Assembly (NCBI GenBank): GCA_041920565.1 | Contig: JBHGXS010000090.1 | Coordinates: 100,049-164,048, forward strand | Origin: Bacillus sp. (in: firmicutes) | GTDB lineage: Bacteria > Bacillota > Bacilli > Bacillales > Bacillaceae_G | Direction: 5' to 3' | DNA length: 64,000 bases | Shown here: positions 31,569 to 41,518 of the stretch, one piece after another | Position numbering within the stretch: the stretch's first letter is position 1 | How the letters are laid out: each line of letters starts with the position of its first letter | Program-made: the position numbers and the translations under genes | Notes under the pieces: generated by a model | The model's database searches: none | Told to the model about the DNA's origin: nothing | What the model saw: only the letters and a program-made list of their open reading frames with translations

Positions 31569-32277
31569 AATTCCCGTTTTAGAGATTTTTGGACCTACCA
31601 TTCAAGGAGAAGGAATGGTTGTGGGACAAAAAACGATGTTTGTCCGCACAGCAGGCTGCGATTATCAATGCGCTTGGTGCGACTCGGCGTTTACGTGGGA
31701 CGGTTCTGCAAAAGAACAAATTCGGCAAATGAGCGCAGAAGAGATATGGAAGGAACTGAAGAGACTTGGCGGGGACCGTTTTTCGCATGTGACGATTTCA
31801 GGCGGAAATCCAGCTCTGTTAAAGTCTCTTGGGGAGCTTATTTCATTGCTCAAGCGACACGGTATTCGCACCGCAATTGAAACACAGGGGAGCAGATGGC
31901 AAGAATGGCTGTCAGACATTGAAGACATTACAATATCACCGAAACCGCCAAGCTCTGGAATGAAGACAAATTTTGACGTATTAGACGACATAATTTATAA
32001 ACTGCAGGAGAAGCATATAAGCTTAAAAGTAGTTGTGTTTGATGAAGCGGATTTTGCTTATGCAACAAGTGTTCATCAGCGCTATCCGAAAGTTCCGTTC
32101 TTTTTGCAGGTTGGAAATGAGGATGTGCATACAACGGACGATAGCGAACTTGTATCACGCTTGCTTCGTCGCTACGAGTGGCTAATTGAACAAGCGGTCA
32201 ATTGTGTAGAAATGAATGATGCAAAGGTGCTTCCGCAGCTGCACACGTTAGTGTGGGGCAATAAGCGCGGAGTATAA
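31561..32277 (+). CDS. queE: 7-carboxy-7-deazaguanine synthase
   Basis: [19 protein letters not shown]. Confidence 0.96.
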   Translation: MSKIPVLEIFGPTIQGEGMVVGQKTMFVRTAGCDYQCAWCDSAFTWDGSAKEQIRQMSAEEIWKELKRLGGDRFSHVTISGGNPALLKSLGELISLLKRHGIRTAIETQGSRWQEWLSDIEDITISPKPPSSGMKTNFDVLDDIIYKLQEKHISLKVVVFDEADFAYATSVHQRYPKVPFFLQVGNEDVHTTDDSELVSRLLRRYEWLIEQAVNCVEMNDAKVLPQLHTLVWGNKRGV

Positions 32278-32293
32278 GAGAGGAGACAGAAAC

Positions 32294-32791
32294 ATGGCAG
32301 GACGTAAAGATGAAGAATTAAAAGATATAACGCTGCTTGGCAACCAAAAAACTAAGTATATGTTTGAGTATGATCCTACTATTTTGGAGACGTTTGACAA
32401 CAATCATCCAAATCGTGATTATTTTGTAAAATTCAACTGTCCGGAGTTTACAAGCTTGTGTCCAAAAACTGGACAACCGGACTTCGCTACCATTTACATC
32501 AGCTACATTCCTGATATTAAGATGGTGGAGAGCAAGTCTTTAAAGCTGTATTTATTCAGTTTCCGTAATCACGGAGACTTTCATGAAGATTGCATCAATA
32601 TTATTATGAACGATCTTATTAAACTGATGGATCCGCGTTATATTGAGGTTTGGGGCAAGTTTACTCCTCGCGGCGGAATCTCCATCGATCCGTACTGCAA
32701 TTACGGACGTCCGGGTACAAAGTATGAAAAGATGGCGGAGTATCGCTTAATGAACCATGATTTATACCCAGAAACTGTTGATAACCGTTAA
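32294..32791 (+). CDS. queF: preQ1 synthase
   Basis: [25 protein letters not shown]. Confidence 0.97.
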   Translation: MAGRKDEELKDITLLGNQKTKYMFEYDPTILETFDNNHPNRDYFVKFNCPEFTSLCPKTGQPDFATIYISYIPDIKMVESKSLKLYLFSFRNHGDFHEDCINIIMNDLIKLMDPRYIEVWGKFTPRGGISIDPYCNYGRPGTKYEKMAEYRLMNHDLYPETVDNR

Positions 32792-32834
32792 AATGTAAAA
32801 ACCGTGATATAGAGAAATATATCACGGTTTTTGT

Positions 32835-32980
32835 ACTTATGTTGTTCTCGCTCACAACCAGGAAATCTCAGTGAAACTGAGGTGCCTTTTCCTGGTTTGC
32901 TGTTGAAAGAAATGGTTCCCCGCATCGTTTTCATTACCCCAAACACCACCATCATCCCAAGCCCTGCTCCTTTTTTTGGA
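32835..32980 (-). pseudogene. Histidine-kinase HATPase C-terminal remnant
   Basis: KKGAGLGMMVVFGVMKTMRGTISFNSKPGKGTSVSLRFP with no upstream kinase body. Confidence 0.65.
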
Positions 32981-33119
32981 AGCAGCCCTCCTTTTCTAAT
33001 TTCAATAGAGTATATAGTAAAATCTTCGAAATAAAACAAAGTTTTCCTGTAAGGATATAAAAAATGCTTAAGATAAAAAAGAAGGAGCTGTTAATGCATC
33101 CTTCTTTTTGGGCTCATGC

Positions 33120-33302
33120 TTATGCCGGGCTGATGATTTTATAATTTTTATGGTTCACTACCGTTAATGGCTCTAAATCTAAGTCTCTATAGTTTTTCAT
33201 AATGGTTATGTCTACAATAACGGAGTTCTTATTCACTTTTTGTACACGGCCCTGCAAGCCGTCTTTAAATTCAATAATGTTTCCTGCTTCTGCAATTTTC
33301 AT
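33120..33302 (-). CDS. YkvS/DUF2187-like small protein
   Basis: MKIAEAGNIIEFKDGLQG.V.KVN.NSVIVD...TVVNHKNY. Confidence 0.8.
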   Translation of the reverse strand: MKIAEAGNIIEFKDGLQGRVQKVNKNSVIVDITIMKNYRDLDLEPLTVVNHKNYKIISPA

Positions 33303-33541
33303 AAGCATTCTCCTCATAACTTTTTATTGGAGGGACAGTGGACTAGTCCTCCCTTTTTTGCTTTTCTTTATAATGAACTATATTTATTGTTTTGTAAATG
33401 TTTTCAAGGGATTTTTTTCAAAAATTCATGGGTTTGTAAGATATTAATATTGATTCTTATAAAAAAATATGATTTAGTTAAAAACTTCTTATTTACATTA
33501 TGTTACAATAAAATAATCAACTACGGAAATGAGAGGACTTT

Positions 33542-34753
33542 ATGTGGAGAAATCGTAACGTATGGATTTTGTTGGCAGGAGAATTTGTCGCAGGGCTCGG
33601 ACTGTGGCTTGGAATTATTGGAAATCTGGATTTTTTAGAAAAACATGTACCTTCCGATTTTATGAAGTCATTAATTTTATTTTGCGGTCTGTTTGTAGGA
33701 GTGCTTGTCGGTCCGTCTGCGGGACGTATTATAGACAGCACAAACAAGAAAAAAGTGCTGATTTACTCCAGTTTGCTGCGCATTATCAGCATTTGGTTCA
33801 TGTTCGCTGCCATTTGGCAGGAGAATGTTCTGTTTATGGTATTAAATATGATGCTGATCGGGATATCAGCTGCTTTTTATTTTCCTGCTCTTCAAGCAAC
33901 CATTCCGCTTATTGTAAAAGAACATATGTTAATGCAAGTAAACGGGCTGCATATGAATGTTGCCACAGTTGCCCGCATTGTCGGAACCGCTTTAGCAGGA
34001 GTATTGCTGTTGCATATGAGTTTATTTTCTTTATATTTTTACTCCATGATTGCTTACATCATCATTTTTATCACTACATTTTTTTATACGATTGAAGAAC
34101 GAGAGGCAGCCGGCAAGAAAAAAGAAAAGGCAAGCTTTAAAGATGTGTTTCCGCTTCTGAAAGAAACGCCGATTTTATTGTTAGGGCTGGTACTAGTCCT
34201 TGTTCCGACCCTATTTATCGGAAGCTTCAATTTAATGATTATGAAAATCAGTCAAATGCAGGGGGATCCTTCTATTAAAGGAATCTTGTATACAATAGAA
34301 GGAATAAGTTTTATGATAGGCGCTTTTTTAGTGAAACGCCTTCGAGCAGAGGGGAAAATGATTTCCTATTTAATTGGCTGTGCTTCATTAATAGCCATTG
34401 CGCATCTTTCTTTATATTTTGCCGCCATACCGGTTGCTTCTATGATTTCGTTCGGTTTGTTTGGCTTAGGTGCAGGCGCTTTTTTTCCGGTTGTAGCCAC
34501 ACTGTTTCAAACACAAGTCAAGAAAGAATATCATGGCCGCTTTTTTTCGTTTCGTAATATGTTTGACCGCATATCGTTTCAGTTTGTTTTGTTGGGAACA
34601 GGATTTTTCTTGGATGTTATTGGATTTCAATGGATGGTCATTTGTTTTGGTTTATTCTCATCAACAATTGTCGTTTTAATCATGATAAGACAAGTGAAGC
34701 AACCGATAGAATATTACAAATTAGAAGAAGAGAAAAAAGAGCTTAGCGTGTAA
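33542..34753 (+). CDS. MFS transporter
   Basis: ~12 TM helices; AGRIIDSTNKKKV motif A variant. Confidence 0.88.
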   Translation: MWRNRNVWILLAGEFVAGLGLWLGIIGNLDFLEKHVPSDFMKSLILFCGLFVGVLVGPSAGRIIDSTNKKKVLIYSSLLRIISIWFMFAAIWQENVLFMVLNMMLIGISAAFYFPALQATIPLIVKEHMLMQVNGLHMNVATVARIVGTALAGVLLLHMSLFSLYFYSMIAYIIIFITTFFYTIEEREAAGKKKEKASFKDVFPLLKETPILLLGLVLVLVPTLFIGSFNLMIMKISQMQGDPSIKGILYTIEGISFMIGAFLVKRLRAEGKMISYLIGCASLIAIAHLSLYFAAIPVASMISFGLFGLGAGAFFPVVATLFQTQVKKEYHGRFFSFRNMFDRISFQFVLLGTGFFLDVIGFQWMVICFGLFSSTIVVLIMIRQVKQPIEYYKLEEEKKELSV

Positions 34754-34944
34754 GCTCTTTTTGTCTTGCTGTAATATTTTGGTGTGCAGATGTTCTATCT
34801 AAATTGCAAATAGTCTCCCCCGCTTCAAAAATTATAAGATTTTAAGTGGCGGGAGTATTCGTATGGTTTCTAATGGGCGTGATATGATATAGTTAACAGA
34901 AAATGATAATACTATGTTCAGTCAACACATGGAGAGTGAGTCCG

Positions 34945-35559
34945 ATGCAAATTTCATTCATAAGGCATGGTCGATCCAGTCATCTTCATTCTCGGTTTAT
35001 GACTGCTCAAGAGTTTCAAGGCTGGATTCAGCAATATAATGAAGAGGGGATTATAAAGGAGGAAGAAATTCCTTCTGAAACGGTTCAAGCCGTTCGTACA
35101 GCTAAACTGGTGATAAGCAGTTCTGCCCGGAGGGCAGTCCAATCCGCTGCTTTACTGACTGGTTCGCTTTCCTTTGTGCAAAATCCTATTTTTTGTGAAG
35201 CGGAGCTCCCTGTATATTTGAAAATGCCCAAATGGATGAAGCTGAAGCCCAATGTATGGACGGTACTCTATCGAACCGCATGGCTGATCGGGTATAATGG
35301 TGATACGGAGTCATATGAACAGGCTAAGTTTCGGGCAAAGCAAGCTGCGGATCTTTTAGTGGGATATGCAGTATTTTATCAAAAAGTAGTGCTTGTCGGA
35401 CACGGCTTCATGAATGATATGATTGCAAAAGAATTGCGAAGCAGGGGATGGAACGGCCCGGCTGTAACGAATCACAGTCATTGGGGCTGCACCACGTACG
35501 TATATAAAAAAGCACTCGAAGGAACAAAAGTAAAGCAAGGAATAGGATTTACGGTTTAA
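34945..35559 (+). CDS. Histidine phosphatase (PGM-like) family protein
   Basis: RHG, SSARRA, VGHG. Confidence 0.8.
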   Translation: MQISFIRHGRSSHLHSRFMTAQEFQGWIQQYNEEGIIKEEEIPSETVQAVRTAKLVISSSARRAVQSAALLTGSLSFVQNPIFCEAELPVYLKMPKWMKLKPNVWTVLYRTAWLIGYNGDTESYEQAKFRAKQAADLLVGYAVFYQKVVLVGHGFMNDMIAKELRSRGWNGPAVTNHSHWGCTTYVYKKALEGTKVKQGIGFTV

Positions 35560-35599
35560 ACGAAAGAGGCAGTAGAACGGCCTCTTTTTAAATGTATTT

Positions 35600-35720
35600 G
35601 ATTAAATGGGTCCAGTAAATAAACGATATTGTCTACATTGTAGCCCAGTTTTTTATATAGAGAAAAAGCCCGTTCATTTGTTTCTTCTGCGAGTATCGTT
35701 ATTTTACCACAACTTATCAT
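35600..35720 (-). pseudogene. GNAT C-terminal remnant
   Basis: ITILAEETNERAFSLYKKLGY (N..A..LY.KLG motif) only. Confidence 0.45.
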
Positions 35721-35790
35721 GTGAGACAGTTGTCCCTTGTAAAGATTCGGTGTAAAATGAAGTATTACGATACACTTGCGAGGTGAAACC

Positions 35791-35985
35791 ATGGATAAAC
35801 AAACTGCTAATGCAATCTTAGATCAGTTGAAAAACGGTGAAATAAAAGAGTATACAGTGAACAAAGAGGATTTTTATCCATTTAGGGAAGCGTTAGTATC
35901 CCGTCCGGATTTCAAACACTTTCGCGGTATCGCCCAGCGTGGAGGCAAGGTAATTTATACGTATATGGAACAAGCCCGTTCATAA
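35791..35985 (+). CDS. Small conserved hypothetical protein
   Basis: SD GAGGTG; ...FKHFRGIAQRGG..IY.Y...RS. Confidence 0.7.
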   Translation: MDKQTANAILDQLKNGEIKEYTVNKEDFYPFREALVSRPDFKHFRGIAQRGGKVIYTYMEQARS

Positions 35986-36055
35986 TCAAAGCAATTATGA
36001 GAACGATTTACGATTTTCGATTTCAGCAGGAAAAACGCTAAAAATATCAAATATT

Positions 36056-36436
36056 GTGAGTGACGTAAAAAAGAAGGAGGGACGGTCTTTGGAAGAGTTT
36101 ACGCCAAAACGTGTGCCGCATTGGGATTATATGTGGCAAGACGAAGAAGGAAGACAATTCGCGGGGATGTTTTTGTTTCCTGCTAAAAGGAAGCAGGAGG
36201 GAAACAGCCTCTTTAAAATAAAGAAAACGATTCAAGATGCTTATAAAAGCAAAAAATACATTCCGATGACGATTTTATATAGAGAGGATTTTCTTGATTT
36301 AGATGCCCGCGTTTGGGAAATAAATGATGAAGAAAGCCTTGTAACCATTAAAGATATAGACGGAAATTATTATGATGTGCGAATAAGTGATGTCATCCAC
36401 ATTGGCCGCAAAAAGAATGAACGGAAATCCGAGTAA
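36056..36436 (+). CDS. YolD-like hypothetical protein
   Basis: C-terminal SH3-like segment ending ISDVIHI; SD AGGA. Confidence 0.5.
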   Translation: MSDVKKKEGRSLEEFTPKRVPHWDYMWQDEEGRQFAGMFLFPAKRKQEGNSLFKIKKTIQDAYKSKKYIPMTILYREDFLDLDARVWEINDEESLVTIKDIDGNYYDVRISDVIHIGRKKNERKSE

Positions 36437-36657
36437 AAGCAGCTTATTTTATGTGGCTGCTTTTTTTGTATGTTCTTCTCCATATTTGTGCTTTCTGTAG
36501 TTGGCACAGTTGTCCTTAAAACATGTGGTTTTTATTCCGGAAGGCAAATCCTTTTTAAATTTTTCATAGCACCAGCAAATCTCTTTTTCTTTCATAATGG
36601 TAATCTCCTGTCTAAAGATAAAGCAGAAATGAGACAATCCCCATTTCTGCATTTTAT

Positions 36658-37524
36658 TTATTTTGTTCCTTTTAATAGTTGATCGATATCTACAAATGGA
36701 GTTGCGCCGCCTGTTACGTTCGGCAATTTGCCGTCCCAGCGCTTAATAGCTTCTAATTGCACATCAAGAGCGCGTTCTTGCACTTCAATTTGTTTTAATT
36801 GGACAAGTTCCGGTGTAACTTCTTGCTTTTTAAGCTGCAATGCTTTTGCTTCGGCTTGAGCTTGTTCTACTTTTTGTTGAGCTTCGATTTGAATGCGTTC
36901 CAAGTCGCGTTGTGCTTTTAATGCAAGCTGCTCCGCTTTTTGCTTTGCTTCAATAGATTCATTGAATTCTTCACTGAAACTGAACTCGCGAATGTTAATG
37001 TCACTTAACACAATATGATATTTGCTGATTTTCTGTGCTAATGCTTCTTTTACTTTCTCGGACACTTCGTCGCGTTTAGAAATTAATTCGTCTGCCTGGT
37101 ACAGAGAAGTCACGGCTTTTAACGCTTCGCTGATTGCAGGATCAATAATGCGGTTCTCATAGTCGAGTCCGATTTCTTGGTAGACTTTGTTGACGGCGTT
37201 TGGTTCTAAATGATAGTTAACTGCTATTGTCGTTTTTACAGTTTGTAAATCTTTCGTAGAAGCAGCCTGTGAATCTTCTGCTTTTTTTACACGAACCTCC
37301 ATGGGGATGACCGCTTGGATGAATGGAATTTTAAAATTGATTCCTTCCTCTAGAACAGTCGGCTTTACGGCGCCTAATTGGATGAGTACGCCGCGATGAC
37401 CGGAGGGAACAGTGGTAAAGCTGCTAAATAGCAAGATTGCTAGAATTACCAATACGAACCCTGCGGTGATGATTTTTTGGGCTCCGGGCTGCAATGGTTT
37501 TTTAGGAAGCGGGATTTGCTGCAA
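36658..37524 (-). CDS. Prohibitin-type SPFH protein
   Basis: VPSGHRGV, EGINFKIPF, SIEAKQ, WDGKLP. Confidence 0.9.
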   Translation of the reverse strand: MQQIPLPKKPLQPGAQKIITAGFVLVILAILLFSSFTTVPSGHRGVLIQLGAVKPTVLEEGINFKIPFIQAVIPMEVRVKKAEDSQAASTKDLQTVKTTIAVNYHLEPNAVNKVYQEIGLDYENRIIDPAISEALKAVTSLYQADELISKRDEVSEKVKEALAQKISKYHIVLSDINIREFSFSEEFNESIEAKQKAEQLALKAQRDLERIQIEAQQKVEQAQAEAKALQLKKQEVTPELVQLKQIEVQERALDVQLEAIKRWDGKLPNVTGGATPFVDIDQLLKGTK

Positions 37525-37705
37525 TGAAAATTCCTCCTTGTCATGTTTGTAATCTCATTGTAACATATTGTCTCCTCTTGAAAAATATACATAAGTTTTC
37601 ATGTTGTGAACGATTTCCTTAGGAAAGGTCTGTTTAAAAGAAACAGGAGGGTGTAAGATAGGGTTAGGAATATTTTTCCTGAATCTAAAGAAAGGGAGTA
37701 GGATT

Positions 37706-38548
37706 ATGAAAGAAACAAAGGCATGGAAAATAAATGGTTTTGTCGGTGTATTGTTATTGCTGGCTGTTTTGGCGCTAGGAGTATTTTTGAGTACAGCAAG
37801 CCAGAATATTTTATTTCTTATACTATTTGGCATCGTCGCTTTGCTTATTGTAAGCGGAATGACGATTGTTCAGCCAAATGATTCTGTCGCTGTTATATTC
37901 TTTGGAAAATATTTAGGAACGATTCGGGAAGACGGTTTTTTTATTACGATTCCTTCGCTGCGTAAACGAGTATCGCTGCGCGTAAGAAACTTTAACAGCG
38001 ATACTTTAAAAGTAAATGATGTTGATGGAAATCCGATTGAAATTGCGGCGGTAGTTGTATTTAAAGTGACGGATACTGCCAAAGCGTTATTTGATGTAGA
38101 AAATTATAACGAATTTGTGCGCATTCAAAGTGAAACAGCACTTCGTCATGTAGCTACAAAGTATCCGTATGATACAGATGATGACAATGTTTGGTCATTG
38201 AGAGGAAACGCGGAAGAAATTGCCGATGAGCTGGCTCGAGAGCTGCAAGCGCGATTGAGCGTGTCCGGAGTAGAAGTGATAGAAGCCCGATTGACTCACC
38301 TTGCGTATGCTCCTGAAATTGCCAATGCAATGCTTCAGCGTCAACAAGCAAACGCGGTTGTGTCCGCGCGTCAAAAGATTGTAGAAGGAGCCGTTGGAAT
38401 GGTGGAAGCGGCATTGGAGCAATTGGAACAAAAGCAAGTCGTACATTTAAACGAAGAAATGAAAGCCCAAATGGTAAGCAACTTAATGGTTGCCATTGTA
38501 TCGGATAAAGGGACGCAGCCTGTCATGAATGCAGGAAAAGTAAGATAA
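37706..38548 (+). CDS. SPFH-domain protein
   Basis: LKVNDVDGNPIEIAAVV, LAYAPEIA..MLQRQQA. Confidence 0.9.
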   Translation: MKETKAWKINGFVGVLLLLAVLALGVFLSTASQNILFLILFGIVALLIVSGMTIVQPNDSVAVIFFGKYLGTIREDGFFITIPSLRKRVSLRVRNFNSDTLKVNDVDGNPIEIAAVVVFKVTDTAKALFDVENYNEFVRIQSETALRHVATKYPYDTDDDNVWSLRGNAEEIADELARELQARLSVSGVEVIEARLTHLAYAPEIANAMLQRQQANAVVSARQKIVEGAVGMVEAALEQLEQKQVVHLNEEMKAQMVSNLMVAIVSDKGTQPVMNAGKVR

Positions 38549-38573
38549 ATAATGTCTTTTTAGGGGGATGGAG

Positions 38574-38981
38574 ATGGCTTCATGGAAAGGAGCTGCAGCC
38601 ATTTGTATTAATGACGAAGGGAAACTATTGATGGTGCTGCAAGGAAAAGAACATGAAGAAAAACGATGGTCTGTGCCGTCTGGATCAAAAGAAGAAGAAA
38701 CGTTTGAAGAATGCTGTATTCGTGAAGTATGGGAAGAAACAGGATATAAAGTGGAAATTATCGAAAAAGTATTTGAGAAAACGGTGAGTGCATCCATCGA
38801 GTCGATTGAGCTCCCGTATTTTCTTGTGAAAGCAGTAGGGGGAAGCAGATGTATTCAAGATCCTGATTGTTTAATCCATGATATTGCATGGGTATCAAAA
38901 GAAAGATTGCTGCAGCTTCCCCTTGCATTTCCGGAGGACCTTCCGTTATTGCTTTCACAGCTGGAAAAGAGAGAAGAGTAG
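38574..38981 (+). CDS. NUDIX hydrolase
   Basis: PSGSKEEETFEECCIREVWEETG. Confidence 0.88.
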   Translation: MASWKGAAAICINDEGKLLMVLQGKEHEEKRWSVPSGSKEEETFEECCIREVWEETGYKVEIIEKVFEKTVSASIESIELPYFLVKAVGGSRCIQDPDCLIHDIAWVSKERLLQLPLAFPEDLPLLLSQLEKREE

Positions 38982-39020
38982 CATATAGAATACATGGATT
39001 GTAATAGGGGGATAACGATT

Positions 39021-39524
39021 ATGCCGCAGCTGGAAACAACGCGTCTATACATGATTCCGTTCACATTAGAGCTTGTGGAAGCGACAATTCAAGGAACGGA
39101 CAAATTGGAAAAAAGGATTCCATACAAAGTCTCAAAAGAATGGCCGATGCCGGATTATGTAGAGATTCTCCCTTTTAAAGCGGAGCGATTGCGCGGGAAT
39201 CCTGAAAGCAGTATATGGAGCGGAATTATCATTCATAAACGAGACAACTTAGTGATCGGCGATATGGGATTTAAAGGCGGTCCGAACGATACGGGTACAG
39301 TAGAAATCGGCTACAGTATCGTGCCGTCATATCAAGGAAACGGATATGCAACGGAAATGGCGGAAGCGATGATTTCCTGGGGGCTTTCACAACCGAACGT
39401 AAACAGAGTGACGGCGGAATGTTTAGAAAATAATGTCGCCTCAGCGCGGGTATTAGAAAAAAACGGCTTAAAAGAAATAAAAAGAGAAAACGGGATGATT
39501 TATTGGTCTAAGGAAAAAGAATAA
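39021..39524 (+). CDS. GNAT acetyltransferase
   Basis: EIGYSI..YQGNGYATE, N.AS.RVLEK.G. Confidence 0.9.
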   Translation: MPQLETTRLYMIPFTLELVEATIQGTDKLEKRIPYKVSKEWPMPDYVEILPFKAERLRGNPESSIWSGIIIHKRDNLVIGDMGFKGGPNDTGTVEIGYSIVPSYQGNGYATEMAEAMISWGLSQPNVNRVTAECLENNVASARVLEKNGLKEIKRENGMIYWSKEKE

Positions 39525-39547
39525 CATGGTAAAAGATAAGCTCCGGC

Positions 39548-40215
39548 TTATCTTTTGTTTTGCCGCAAAACAAAATCCAGCAAATCCGGAAAGTCATGAA
39601 ACGTAAAATCAGCATCTGCTTGTTCATGTTCGTTTGATTGTTTCCCGGCAGTTTTCATCCCGGCTTGTTTGGCCCCCTCGATATCATAGAAAGGATGATC
39701 TCCCACGAATAAACTTCCTTCTGGCACAACGTTCAACCGTTGTAAAGCGCGGGCAAAGATTATAGGGTTCGGCTTTTTGATCCCTTCTTTTTCAGAAATC
39801 AAAATAGCAGAAAAGAAGCGCTGAATGTCAAGTTTGTAAATGTTAGCCATTTGAAAAGTTTCAAAACCGTTCGTAATAATCGCAAGTTTTATGTTGTTAT
39901 CGTTAAGTATTTGTAACATTTTTTTAGTATAAGGAAACAAAGAAGCGTAATGTTTAAAATTTTGGATATAATCTTCTAAAAGCACTTCTGGCGTAAGAGT
40001 GGAAATTGAAAAATCCGTTATAAGCTGTTCATATACTCGATCTTTCCATACGTACCCCTTGTTTTCAAGCGCAAGGAACCTTGTTGTATAGGCATCTTTT
40101 TGGATCTGGGACAGGTGAGAGGAAAAACGCTCATATTGCTCGCTTATGAAGCGGCGTATAGATGATTCGCGGTCAAGCAGCGTTCCGTCTAAGTCAAACA
40201 GTACAGCAGTATCAT
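39548..40215 (-). pseudogene. HAD-family hydrolase, probably frameshifted after codon 2
   Basis: FDLDGT, ITNG, KKP, GD..YDI motifs; the SD-associated ATG (40215) is 1 nt out of frame with TAVLFDLDGT. Confidence 0.6.
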
Positions 40216-40336
40216 AAAACCAACCTTTCGTTTTTATTAAATTTGTAACAAATTCAATACAAAAGCACGTTGCATTTTGGTTCCTGTGCTCTCGGAGCAT
40301 ATTTACAAAAATAATATTCCTATGTAGAATTCACTT

Positions 40337-40630
40337 CTAGATACGGTATGTTTCGTGAGTCTACAGAAAGGGAAAGGGGGGTAAATTCAGTTAAGTATCT
40401 TTTCTGCACGAAACAATGTTAGTTTCGCATTTCAACAGCAAAACTTGTCTTATTTAATGTAAAACACACAAAAACAACAAAAACTCATTCTACACATTTG
40501 TCCTAAAATCAAGTCCCATAGCATAGACGATTCTTTCTACATGGCATAGAGAGCTGAACCCTACAAAACACTCACTATTTAAGCGATGTAGAAAGAATGA
40601 GGAAAAAGTCTCGGCAACGAGGCTTTTTTT
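40337..40630 (+). ncRNA. Candidate structured sRNA
   Basis: TTTACA-17-TAGAAT promoter (40302-40330), several long stems, terminator aaaagtctcg-gcaa-cgaggcttttttt; no canonical ORF. Confidence 0.35.
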
Positions 40631-41057
40631 CTTTATCACCGTGTCCAGCGCTGTGAGGAAGAAAAAGCTATGTTTGGAGCAATTATTCTAGATATGGTGC
40701 AATTCCATGTAGTTTTGATGCAATTCATATCATTTTCGTTCAATTTATACGAATTTGGATCGAAAAAGGGTTGAGTACAGTTTTTTCGTACTCAGTTTTT
40801 CTTATTGATCATTTTTATTCCTCTTCATTGTAGCTGATTTCCACAGTTTTCTTCCAAAAAACTTTCTACAAAATTCTTCTTTTTGAAGATGTCCGCATGT
40901 CTGACTTTAGCAATTCTTGAGTAAATTCATTGACAAGTTTTTGAAAATAGACTTTATTGACACCTTTTTAAGAATGGTGTTTTATAAGTTTTGTACCTAT
41001 TTTTCGGTCGCTCTTTCTTTGTCGAAAAAAGAAAATCTTTTCAAACAAAATTCTTTA

Positions 41058-41105
41058 TACGTATATATTGTGTACCGAAAGAAAAAGTAATACAATATAT
41101 AGGTG
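41058..41105. promoter_or_regulatory. Tandem NrdR boxes
   Basis: tacgtatatattgtgt (41058-41073) and atacaatatataggtg (41090-41105), 32 bp apart, matching acaCwAtATaTwGtg. Confidence 0.8.
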
Positions 41106-41158
41106 ATAAGAAGTTCAAAGCGAAAAATTCGAAATAGTCAAAAATCGGAGGGGCGAAG

Positions 41159-41518
41159 ATGGTAATTGTATATGATTCCATGACAGGGAATGTGCAGCGC
41201 TTTATAAACAAGCTTGATATGCCCGCTATTCAATTGAAAGAAGACATGCAGATGAACGAAGAGTATGTCCTTGTCACATATACGACCGGATTCGGAGCTG
41301 TACCAGAACGCGTGAACAAGTTTTTGCAACGCAATCATCCGTATTTAAAAGGCGTATCCGCCAGCGGCAACCGCAACTGGGGAGATATGTTCGGCGCAAG
41401 TGCAGACAAAATTTCCAACCAATATAAAGTACCGGTCTTATCCAAGTTTGAAATGGCAGGAACAAAGAAAGATGTAGAAATTTTTAAAGAAAGGGTGCGT
41501 GCGATTGCGACACATTGA
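41159..41518 (+). CDS. nrdI: Class Ib RNR flavodoxin
   Basis: YDSMTGNV, TYTTGFG, SGNRNWG, KFEMAGT. Confidence 0.96.
   Translation: MVIVYDSMTGNVQRFINKLDMPAIQLKEDMQMNEEYVLVTYTTGFGAVPERVNKFLQRNHPYLKGVSASGNRNWGDMFGASADKISNQYKVPVLSKFEMAGTKKDVEIFKERVRAIATH

Noticed and set aside
30412-32791. queCDEF as a 7-deazaguanine DNA-modification system
   Set aside because: Standard preQ1-riboswitch-controlled queuosine operon with no dpdA-like gene nearby.
41020-41026. Spo0A box TGTCGAA upstream of nrdI (similar 7-mers elsewhere)
   Set aside because: A single 7-mer occurs often by chance; unsupported without more data.
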